Source of the DNA: a virus
Taxonomy: Duplodnaviria; Caudoviricetes
Length of the DNA stretch: 26,252 bases
Direction: 5' to 3' (one strand)
IMG/VR virus record: IMGVR_UViG_3300044624_000767
Coordinates: 1-26,252 of that record
The notes beneath the pieces were generated by a model. That model searched no databases, had not been told where the DNA came from, and saw only the letters and a list, made by a program, of their open reading frames with translations. The translations under genes were made by a program, and so were the position numbers. Of the stretch, positions 1-7,845 are shown one piece after another; positions within the stretch are counted from its first letter, which is position 1, and each line of letters begins with the position of its first letter.

Positions 1-2
1 AT

Positions 3-455
3 CCGAACAACGCGCGGACGCACGACGCCGACAACCTCGCCGCCATCGCGGCGAGTCTGAAGGCATTCGGGCAGCAGAAGCCGATCGTCGTTGATACCCG
101 GGGAGTGATCCTCGCCGGGAACGGGACGCTCGCCGCGGCGCGCTCGCTTGGGTGGACCGAAGTCGACGTAGTCGAAACCGACCTCGAAGGGATGACCGCC
201 GCCGCCTACGCGATCGCCGACAACCGGACGGGCGAACTCAGCCAATGGGACTACCAAGCCCTCGCCCTCGCGCTCGAGCAACTGCCTGAAGGATTGACGC
301 TCGCGACCGGATTCGAGTCCGGGGCGGTGGAAAGCATTACCACACTCGCGCAGCGAATCGAAGAGGAAGCGGCGAGCAAGAAGCCGAAGCCGCAGACCTG
401 TCCGCAGTGCGGGGCAGAGATCAAGGAGAATACTGATGACGCCGGAAACGATTGA
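3..455 (+). CDS. ParB/Srx-like N-terminal domain protein, paralog 1 (5'-truncated)
   Basis: The frame is open from position 3 (PNNARTHD..IAASLKAFGQQKPIVVD..ILAGNGTLAAA..IADNRT), the typical phage ParB-like motif set. C-terminal CPQC knuckle. The ORF-track start at 105 is internal. Confidence 0.85.
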   Translation, partial: PNNARTHDADNLAAIAASLKAFGQQKPIVVDTRGVILAGNGTLAAARSLGWTEVDVVETDLEGMTAAAYAIADNRTGELSQWDYQALALALEQLPEGLTLATGFESGAVESITTLAQRIEEEAASKKPKPQTCPQCGAEIKENTDDAGND

Positions 456-939
456 TCCGCACGAGTTGCGATTCAGCGAAACGAACGCTCGAGCGCACGG
501 CGAGCGAAGCATTCGCGCCATGATGAAGAGCCTCGAACTCTTTGGGCAGCAGAAGCCGATCGTCGTGACGCCCGAGCTCGAGGTAATCGCCGGGCATGGA
601 ACGCTCGCGGCCGCGATGCGCCTGAAGATGCCGCGGGTATGGATCGTTCGTTCGACGCTGAGCGCGGACGATGCCGCCGCCTATGGCATCGCAGACAACC
701 GAACCGCCGACCTCGCGAAATGGGACGACGCGGTCCTTCGATCCACGCTCGCGAGCATCGCGGCGTCGGATCCTGATCTGCTCGCCGGGTCCGGCTTCTC
801 GAAGAAGGAGACGGAGGCGCTGCTCGCGGCCGCGGCGCAGGCGCCGCTCGCGACGCTCGGCGAGGCGTACGACGAATCCGTTGCGGACGAAGTCGAGTGG
901 CGATGCTGCAAGGAGTGCGGACACCGATGGCCGAAGTGA
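436..939 (+). CDS. ParB/Srx-like N-terminal domain protein, paralog 2
   Basis: NARAH..FGQQKPIVV..IAGHGTLAAA..IADNRT and a C-terminal CKEC knuckle. AAGGAG RBS at 423-428. Confidence 0.85.
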   Translation: MTPETIDPHELRFSETNARAHGERSIRAMMKSLELFGQQKPIVVTPELEVIAGHGTLAAAMRLKMPRVWIVRSTLSADDAAAYGIADNRTADLAKWDDAVLRSTLASIAASDPDLLAGSGFSKKETEALLAAAAQAPLATLGEAYDESVADEVEWRCCKECGHRWPK

Positions 940-1922
940 AGCCATTCTCGGTCGTGAGCACCTTCGCCGGATGCGGCGGGTCATCGCTTGGGTACAAGCT
1001 CGCCAGAGGAAACGTGCGACTCGCCGTCGAGTGGGACGATGGCGCCGCGGCGATCTACCGAACGAACCATCCCGGGACCGACCTGTTCCATGGGGACATC
1101 GCCGACCTCTCGGTCGAGGACGCGCTCGCGCGAATCGGGTTGAAGCCCGGCGAACTCGACATATTCGACGGGTCGCCGCCGTGCCAAGGATTCAGCATCG
1201 CGGGGCGAAGGAACATCGAGGACCAGCGAAATCAACTCTTTCGGGAGTACGTCCGACTGCTTCGCGGGCTCCGGCCGAAAGCGTTCGTGATGGAGAACGT
1301 CGGCGGAATGGTTGTCGGCAAGATGCGAATCCTGTTCGCCGAGATCCTGCGCGAGCTCAAGGCAAGCGGCTACCGAGTCGCCGCGCGCAAACTCAACGCC
1401 GCCGACTACGGGGTTCCGCAGTCGCGCGTGCGCATGATCTTCATCGGCGCGCGAGAAGACCTCGAGATCGATCCGACGCATCCTGCGCCGACGCATGCAC
1501 CAGTATCCGCCGCGGCCGCGGTACAAGGACTGCGCCTGGACGAAGCCGAAGTCGCGCGATTGATCGAGATCGGCAACACGCGCAAGGCGTACAGCATGTG
1601 GGAGTTCCTGAAGCCGGGGCAGAACCTCACGAAGATCGGCCTGAAAGTCGGGTTCAACGGGGTGCGCGTGAACCCGATGCGCCCATGCCCGACCGTGACG
1701 AAGAGCCTCGGGCAGCTCGGCATGTATGGGTTGATGCACTGGGCAGAGCGCCGAGCATTCACGATCGCCGAGTTGAAGCGATTCAGTTCCTTCCCTGATG
1801 AGTTCGACTTCGGAAACGACTACACGAACGCGGCCGAGCGACTCGGCAACACGGTGCCGCCGTTGCTGATGAAGGCTATCGCCGCGCATATCCGCACGAC
1901 TATCCTCGAGAAGACCCGATGA
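927..1922 (+). CDS. DNA (cytosine-5)-methyltransferase
   Basis: Motif I FAGCGG, motif IV GSPPCQGFS, motif VI ENV, motif VIII QSRVR, motif X GNTVPP. Start uncertain: ATG 927, or GTG 936 overlapping the upstream stop. Confidence 0.93.
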   Translation: MAEVKPFSVVSTFAGCGGSSLGYKLARGNVRLAVEWDDGAAAIYRTNHPGTDLFHGDIADLSVEDALARIGLKPGELDIFDGSPPCQGFSIAGRRNIEDQRNQLFREYVRLLRGLRPKAFVMENVGGMVVGKMRILFAEILRELKASGYRVAARKLNAADYGVPQSRVRMIFIGAREDLEIDPTHPAPTHAPVSAAAAVQGLRLDEAEVARLIEIGNTRKAYSMWEFLKPGQNLTKIGLKVGFNGVRVNPMRPCPTVTKSLGQLGMYGLMHWAERRAFTIAELKRFSSFPDEFDFGNDYTNAAERLGNTVPPLLMKAIAAHIRTTILEKTR

Positions 1923-2398
1923 GTGGACCCCCTCCGAAGCCGACCGCGATGCTGAAGCTCTCCGGGAGTTGGCGTGCTCGCACCCGTAAGGGTGAACCAA
2001 CGCCGACCACAACGCGACCGAAGCGCCCGACGTGGCTCGACGAAGAAGGCACGAAGGCGTGGGATCAGTTGGTTCCGATCCTCGAGCGAATGCGCGTGCT
2101 GACCGAAGCAGACGGCTTCGCGCTCGCGGTGCTCTGCGAGGCATGGTCGCGTTACCGTCGAGCCACCGACATGCTGAACCAGTACGGAGACGTTTACCCC
2201 GTCAAGAACCCCGACGGCTCGCTGAAGATGCTCCGACGTTCGCCGTACTCCGCGATGCAGATGGAACTCGCGCTCAACGTACGACGCATGCTCGCCGAGT
2301 TCGGTCTCACGCCGTCCGCGCGCGGTCGCCTCATCGCACTCCCGGAGGTCAAGGACAATGGCAAAGCGTCGTACTTCTCGCGCAACGCGACCGCCTGA
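1919..2398 (+). CDS. terS: Terminase small subunit (P27-like family)
   Basis: GPPPKPTAMLKLSG N-terminus, PTWLD, and EFGLTPSAR C-terminal motif. Lies immediately before terL, with an ATGA overlap with the methyltransferase stop. Confidence 0.92.
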   Translation: MSGPPPKPTAMLKLSGSWRARTRKGEPTPTTTRPKRPTWLDEEGTKAWDQLVPILERMRVLTEADGFALAVLCEAWSRYRRATDMLNQYGDVYPVKNPDGSLKMLRRSPYSAMQMELALNVRRMLAEFGLTPSARGRLIALPEVKDNGKASYFSRNATA

Positions 2399-4001
2399 TC
2401 CGTGGGCGCCGGAGGCGTTCAACACGATCCCGGGCTTTGACGCGATCGCGACGCGCGGCGACGCGATATGGAACGCGAACGCAGCGAAGCATGCGATCGG
2501 ATTCATCGAAGGTCTCTGCACCTTCGCGAAGGGAACATGGGCAGGGCAACCCTTCCGGCTACTTCCTTGGCAGCGCGGCGTAATCGGCAACCTGTACGGG
2601 TGGTCGCGCCCTGACGGGACCCGCCGATTCAGAGAATGCGGGATCTGGATTCCGCGAAAGAACGGGAAGACGGAGCTCCTCGCGCCGCTCGGCCTGTATC
2701 ACCTTCTCGCTGATGATGAGCCGACGCCCGAGGTCGTGTCGTTCGCTGCCGACCGAAAGCAGGCGAAGCTCGTGTTCGAGCGCGCGCGAACGATGATTCG
2801 CGCCGAGCCCGAGCTCGAGTCGCGCGTCGAGGTCTATCAGAATCGAATCGTCGCGCCGTCGCTCGGCGGCGTCTGGGCAGCGATGAGCAGCGACGCGCCG
2901 ACGGCGCACGGCCTGCACGTGTCGTTCGCCATCGGCGACGAGATCCACGCCATGGGGAATCGCCGAGAGTTGTGGGAAGCGATCCAGACTTCGATGGGCG
3001 CGCGCATGTCCCCGCTCCTCGTGTCGATCACGACGGCCGGAACGCTTCGAGAGTCGCTCGAATGGGATCAGTACGACTACGCATGCAAGGTCCGCGACGG
3101 CATCATCGAGAATCCCGCATATCTTCCGGTCGTCTACGAGGCGCCGGAGTCGATGGACTGGCGAACGCCCGAGGCGTGGATGACGGCGAATCCGTCGCTC
3201 GGAACGTCGCTTCAAGAGCGATGGATCGCCGAAGAGTGCAAGCGAGCCCAAGAGCAACCGTCCTACGAAACGCCGTTCCGAACGCTGCACCTGAATCAGC
3301 ACGTGACCGCCGACGTGCGATGGGTTCGCATGTCGGACTGGGATGACTGCATGAATGCGGTCGAAGACGACCGACTCATCGGCTTGCCGTGCTACCTCGG
3401 CATCGACCTCGGGGAAGTGAGCGACCTCACGAGCCTCACGGCCGTGTGGCTCGACGGGGACGAAGCGCACGTTCGATCATGGTCGTATGCGCCGGAAGAC
3501 GGCGCCGAGCGCAGACAGAAGCGAGACCGCGTGCCGTACCTTGATTGGTCGCGGCAGGGGTGGCTGAAACTTACGCCCGGCGACGCGACCGACTACGAGT
3601 TCCTTCGCGCCGAGATCAAGCGCCTCGTCGAGCGGCACAAGGTGACCGCCGTCGGGTATGACCCGAACAACGCCGGAGGACTGGCGCAGCAGTTGCAGAA
3701 CGACGGGCTCACGCTCAAGCGCGTGCCGCAGTCATTCCTCCACATGAGCGGTCCGACGAGACGATGGGAGGCGGCGATCGTCGGGAAGAAGATGCACCAT
3801 GACGGGAATCCGGTGCTCACGTGGGCGATGAGCAATACCGTCGTCGAGCTCGACTACAACAACAACCCCCGACCATCGAAGCGCCGATCGGTCGAGAAGA
3901 TCGACCCGGTTGTTGCGGGGATCATCGCTCTCGCGGTAGCGTTGGACGGCGCCCCGCTGATACGCTCGCCGTACGAGGACCGCGGTATCCAATGGCTCTA
4001 A
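2358..4001 (+). CDS. terL: Terminase large subunit
   Basis: LLPWQ, Walker A IPRKNGKT, Walker B IGDEIH, ITTAG coupling motif, nuclease motifs LGIDLG, YDP and KIDPVVA. Confidence 0.97.
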   Translation: MAKRRTSRATRPPDPWAPEAFNTIPGFDAIATRGDAIWNANAAKHAIGFIEGLCTFAKGTWAGQPFRLLPWQRGVIGNLYGWSRPDGTRRFRECGIWIPRKNGKTELLAPLGLYHLLADDEPTPEVVSFAADRKQAKLVFERARTMIRAEPELESRVEVYQNRIVAPSLGGVWAAMSSDAPTAHGLHVSFAIGDEIHAMGNRRELWEAIQTSMGARMSPLLVSITTAGTLRESLEWDQYDYACKVRDGIIENPAYLPVVYEAPESMDWRTPEAWMTANPSLGTSLQERWIAEECKRAQEQPSYETPFRTLHLNQHVTADVRWVRMSDWDDCMNAVEDDRLIGLPCYLGIDLGEVSDLTSLTAVWLDGDEAHVRSWSYAPEDGAERRQKRDRVPYLDWSRQGWLKLTPGDATDYEFLRAEIKRLVERHKVTAVGYDPNNAGGLAQQLQNDGLTLKRVPQSFLHMSGPTRRWEAAIVGKKMHHDGNPVLTWAMSNTVVELDYNNNPRPSKRRSVEKIDPVVAGIIALAVALDGAPLIRSPYEDRGIQWL

Positions 4002-7000
4002 GAGACCTCCTTCTTCGCATGCTTGGTTCGTCGGAAGTCCGTCAAGACTTCCAGGACAACACTCCCGTCGGCATGCCTGTGTCGTCGGGGATTCAGTCCT
4101 ACGTCGTCAACTGGGCAGAGACCGGGCGATTCATCACGCCGGAGATCGCGCGCTCGAGCCCAAGCGTCCACGCCTGCACGATGCTCATCAGTCAAAGCAT
4201 CGCGCGCATGGAATGGAAGGTATTCCTCGAGCGAGACGATGGGCACCTGCAGCCGACGCCGACGCATCCCCTCTATCGCCTGCTGAACACCGAGCCGAAC
4301 CCGTTCATGGGCGCGCTCACGTGGCGACAGAGCATGCTCCTCGACTGTCTCCTGTACGGGAACGGATACTCCTACATCGAGCGAGATCCGACCGGTCGAC
4401 CGATCCGCCTCGAGAAGTTGCGTCCCGACCTGATGCAAGCGATGCGCGCATCAGACAACTCGGTGATCTACTCCTACGCGGCGGGCACGACGGGCGCGCG
4501 CACATTCCCCGCATACGACATCTTCCACCTCATCGGTCCGAGTGCTGATGGTCTGCTCGGCGAGCCGCCGATCTACCTCGCTCGGCAGTTGATCGGTATC
4601 GAGATCGAAGCCGAGTCGTTTGTCGCGTCGTTCTTCCAGAACGGCGCGCGACCCGCGGGCGTGCTCGAGGTGCAGGGGACGCTATCGCCTGACGCATGGC
4701 AGCGACTTCGCCAGTCGTGGCAAGACATGCAGGGCGGCGCGCGCAACGCCGGACGAATCGCCGTCCTCGAAGCCGGATATCAGTTCAAGCCGATCACGAT
4801 CAATCCGGACGATGCGCAGCTCATCGAGCTGCGACGATATTGCCGCGAGCAGATCGCCGCCGCGTTCGGCGTCCCGCCGCACATGGTGGGCGATTCAACG
4901 AAGCAGTCGTACGCGTCTGCCGAGCAAGCCGACCTCGAGTTCACGAAGCACACTCTCGGAACGTGGGCGAGCCGACTCGAAGAGGAGTGCACGAGGAAAC
5001 TCCTTCGCGATGGCGATCGGATGCGAACGTCCATCAGTTTCGACGCGCTGACGCGCGGCGACTTGGGCGGCCGATTCTCCGCGTATGCGACCGCGTTGCA
5101 GCACGGGTTCCTGACGATCAACGAGGTCCGCGCTCGCGAAGGACTCGCGCCTGTTGATGGAGGGGAATCGCTCCGCGTGCCGCTCCAACTTGGGCCGCTG
5201 CCGACCGCGAAGAACAAGACGCCGACGCAGGCGGAACAGCAAGCCGCGGGCGTCGGGCAACTCCAAGCGATGACCGCGCTCGCACAAGCGGCCGCCTCCG
5301 GTGCCGTTCCTGCTGATGCCGCGAAGGGAATCATCGCCGCCGCGTTCCCCGCCATGCCGAGCGACGCCGTCGCCGGGATCGTCGAACCGCTCGCGCAAGC
5401 CGCCGAGGAAGCCGCCAAGGCGCCTCCCCCGGCAGAACCCCCTCCGGCCGCCCCGGCGCCGCCGGACGCCTCTGGGGGCGATTCTGCCCCGCCACCGACC
5501 GCGCCACCCGCGACCGACGGCGCGACGGTCGAGGGACGAAGTGCGCGAGACTGCGGAACCGGATCCGGCGGCTTCCAACCCGGCAACGAATGCGGAAAGG
5601 GAGAAGGGGGCGTCGGCGCTGATGCAAGCGGCGCGGGCGAAGACGGCAGCAGCGCGATCCCTGATGCAAGCGAACTGAAGACCGTCGGTCGCCTCGGCGG
5701 ATCGACGGGCGCCGTCCTTACCGAAGACGCTGATGGAAACCAGTACGTCGTGAAGGGCGGCAACAGCGCCGACCATATCCGCAGCGAAGCCGCGGCGAAC
5801 GACATCTACGCCGCGGCGGGGGTCCCGATCCCCGCGCATCGACTCGACGAAACGAACCCGGACGCGCCGAAGCAGATCACCAAGTTCGTCGAAGGAAAGC
5901 CGATCGGTGATCTAAAGGGCGAAGCGTTCGCCGCAGCAGCGGCCAAACTCTCCGAGAACTTCGCGACTGACGCGCTCCTCGCGAACTGGGACGTAGTCGG
6001 AATGAGTGGCGACAACGTGCTTGTCGCGAAGGATGGAACTCCGATGCGAGTCGACAACGGCGGCTCGCTCGCGTTCCGCGCGCAAGGCGGTCCGAAGACA
6101 TTCGGAGACAAGGTTGGCGAGCTCGAGTCGATGCGCACGAGCGATCAGGGGCGGCGCGTATTCGGCAAGCTCACGAACCCGCAGATCGCGTCGCAGATTC
6201 GCGACCTCGGCCGGCGTAGGGCGTCGATTCTGCGAGCGACGCCGAAGTCGTTGCGCGGGACGATCAGTGCTCGCCTCGACTACATGGAGCGATGGGCGAA
6301 GGAGAACGGCGCGCGATCAGCAGATGACGCGATCACCTTCGCCGTCGTTGACGATCGCACCATGCGCGACTGCGTCGAAGACAAGATCAAGATCCTCGTT
6401 GATGAAGGATACGAGCAGGATCAGGCGATCGCGATCGCGCTCGATTATTGCGGTGACGAGGACCGCGACTGCGGCACGGGCGCGGGCGGCTTCCAGCCCG
6501 GCAACGAATGCGGCAAGGGAGAAGGAAGCGGCGGCGAAGGCGGCGGAAGTGCAAAGCAGCCGGGCGAATGGGTGAACAAGAAAGGATCCGAGTACGCGGC
6601 CGCAGTGAAAACAGCCGGAGATGCGAAGCTCCATGCGTGCCTCGTTGCGCAGCATCAAGCCGATGGCCTGTCGAAGAAGGAAGCGATGACCGCGGCGACG
6701 CAGGAACTTCTGACGAGCAGCGCCGAATCCAAGGCGATCGCAGCGAAGGAGTTCGGCATCAACATGTCTGCGGAGGAGAATCAGGTCGAAGCCAAGTCGC
6801 TGAAGAACGACCCGGGCATCTACGCGAAAGAGAAGGCGATCGCGGCCGGATACATCACGGCAGCGCAGTCGGGCTCGCAGGCGAATGTTGCGCCGATCAA
6901 GGCAGATCCGACCGCGCCGCCGACGCAGCCGAAGGTAGTTCCAGTTGCGCCGACGGCGCCGAAGGATCCATCGAAGGAACCTGCGATCCAGCCGCCGAAG

Positions 7001-7645
7001 GATCAAGCGCAGTCGAGCAGCACTCCCGGCGTTCCGCCTCCAGGAATCCTCCCGACCGGACATGCTCAAGGATGGGTCGATCAGGAAAAGCCGAAACCGA
7101 CCGACGCGCAGTTGAAGGTGATGGCGAAAGTGCCGCTCGCGAAGGAAGCCGTAGAGGCATACTCGGGATCGTCGTATGAAGGCCTCAACGCGAAGTTGAG
7201 GCAGGGCGAATACCCCTACGGCGGATTCGGAGTCGTTGAAGGCATGTCACCAAAGCAAGCCGCAATGGTTGGCGCGCTCGACGTACTGACGCGAATCGAT
7301 CAGCGAGATCCGCCACCTGCGACCGTCTATCGCGGAGCGGGAGCAACCGTGGCACGAGAACTCGACAAGCTTGGCGTCGGCAACACTTGGACGGAACTCG
7401 GATATCTGAGTACCTCCACCGCCGTGAACACCGCATCGGGATTCGGCTCGAAACACGGTGGCGTGATGATGCGAATCCGAACGCGACAAGGCGTTTCGAT
7501 TCAGGACCTCAGCGGCTTGCCGGGCGAGCGCGAAGTGCTGCTACCTCGCGGCGCACGTTTCCGTGTTACGTCGAAGGAATGGCGATACTCGAAGGGCGTC
7601 GGTCCGCGACTGTATATCGACCTCGAACACATAGACACCAACTGA
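3992..7645 (+). CDS. HK97-family portal protein with long C-terminal extension (kinase-like and ADP-ribosyltransferase domains), ~1217 aa
   Basis: Probable start ATG 3992 (MALRDLL), overlapping the terL end. Portal motifs HPLYRLLNTEPNPFM, LLYGNGY, FFQNGARPAGVL, IAAAFGVPPHMVG and TINEVRAREGLAP run to about 5200. Then a Pro/Ala linker, a kinase-like region (~5675-6300) and an ART region (~7140-7642), all in one uninterrupted frame. Confidence 0.93.
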   Translation: MALRDLLLRMLGSSEVRQDFQDNTPVGMPVSSGIQSYVVNWAETGRFITPEIARSSPSVHACTMLISQSIARMEWKVFLERDDGHLQPTPTHPLYRLLNTEPNPFMGALTWRQSMLLDCLLYGNGYSYIERDPTGRPIRLEKLRPDLMQAMRASDNSVIYSYAAGTTGARTFPAYDIFHLIGPSADGLLGEPPIYLARQLIGIEIEAESFVASFFQNGARPAGVLEVQGTLSPDAWQRLRQSWQDMQGGARNAGRIAVLEAGYQFKPITINPDDAQLIELRRYCREQIAAAFGVPPHMVGDSTKQSYASAEQADLEFTKHTLGTWASRLEEECTRKLLRDGDRMRTSISFDALTRGDLGGRFSAYATALQHGFLTINEVRAREGLAPVDGGESLRVPLQLGPLPTAKNKTPTQAEQQAAGVGQLQAMTALAQAAASGAVPADAAKGIIAAAFPAMPSDAVAGIVEPLAQAAEEAAKAPPPAEPPPAAPAPPDASGGDSAPPPTAPPATDGATVEGRSARDCGTGSGGFQPGNECGKGEGGVGADASGAGEDGSSAIPDASELKTVGRLGGSTGAVLTEDADGNQYVVKGGNSADHIRSEAAANDIYAAAGVPIPAHRLDETNPDAPKQITKFVEGKPIGDLKGEAFAAAAAKLSENFATDALLANWDVVGMSGDNVLVAKDGTPMRVDNGGSLAFRAQGGPKTFGDKVGELESMRTSDQGRRVFGKLTNPQIASQIRDLGRRRASILRATPKSLRGTISARLDYMERWAKENGARSADDAITFAVVDDRTMRDCVEDKIKILVDEGYEQDQAIAIALDYCGDEDRDCGTGAGGFQPGNECGKGEGSGGEGGGSAKQPGEWVNKKGSEYAAAVKTAGDAKLHACLVAQHQADGLSKKEAMTAATQELLTSSAESKAIAAKEFGINMSAEENQVEAKSLKNDPGIYAKEKAIAAGYITAAQSGSQANVAPIKADPTAPPTQPKVVPVAPTAPKDPSKEPAIQPPKDQAQSSSTPGVPPPGILPTGHAQGWVDQEKPKPTDAQLKVMAKVPLAKEAVEAYSGSSYEGLNAKLRQGEYPYGGFGVVEGMSPKQAAMVGALDVLTRIDQRDPPPATVYRGAGATVARELDKLGVGNTWTELGYLSTSTAVNTASGFGSKHGGVMMRIRTRQGVSIQDLSGLPGEREVLLPRGARFRVTSKEWRYSKGVGPRLYIDLEHIDTN
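5546..5608 (+). repeat. Intragenic 21-codon repeat, copy 1 (RDCGTGSGGFQPGNECGKGEG)
   Basis: 20/21 aa identical to the copy at 6464-6526; nucleotide differences are mostly synonymous. Confidence 0.95.
6464..6526 (+). repeat. Intragenic 21-codon repeat, copy 2 (RDCGTGAGGFQPGNECGKGEG)
   Basis: Matches the copy at 5546-5608. Confidence 0.95.
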
Positions 7646-7845
7646 TGGCAACACCAAGCGACAATCCCGAAACGGACTCGAGCATCATCAACGAAACGAC
7701 GGATGATGCTGATGCGAACTTCCGACGCTACCTGCAGAACACGCTCGTCCTGCGAGACATCGCGCGCCGAATCAGCGAAGGCGTCGATCCAGAAGAAGCC
7801 GTAAGGCAGGCGAAGGCAGTTGCCGAAGGAAAGCCCGATGAGTGA
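7645..7845 (+). CDS. Small acidic hypothetical protein (66 aa), candidate immunity or partner protein
   Basis: TGATG coupling to the portal-ART stop (MATPSDNPETDSS...). Fills the gap up to the protease gene. Confidence 0.7.
   Translation: MATPSDNPETDSSIINETTDDADANFRRYLQNTLVLRDIARRISEGVDPEEAVRQAKAVAEGKPDE

Noticed and set aside
927-1922. Restriction-modification system
   Set aside because: No cognate endonuclease is visible; orphan methyltransferases beside terminase genes are common in phages.
3821-3991. ORF-track N-terminal extension of the portal
   Set aside because: Overlaps the conserved terL C-terminus; ATG 3992 fits the usual coupling. Similar over-extensions were trimmed for ORFs at 7387, 9795, 11852, 13256, 20437, 24922 and 24947.
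5200-7645. Intein or mobile intron as the explanation for the long portal
   Set aside because: The extension is C-terminal rather than inserted, and has no intein splice-junction motifs (N-terminal C, C-terminal HN) or homing endonuclease signature.
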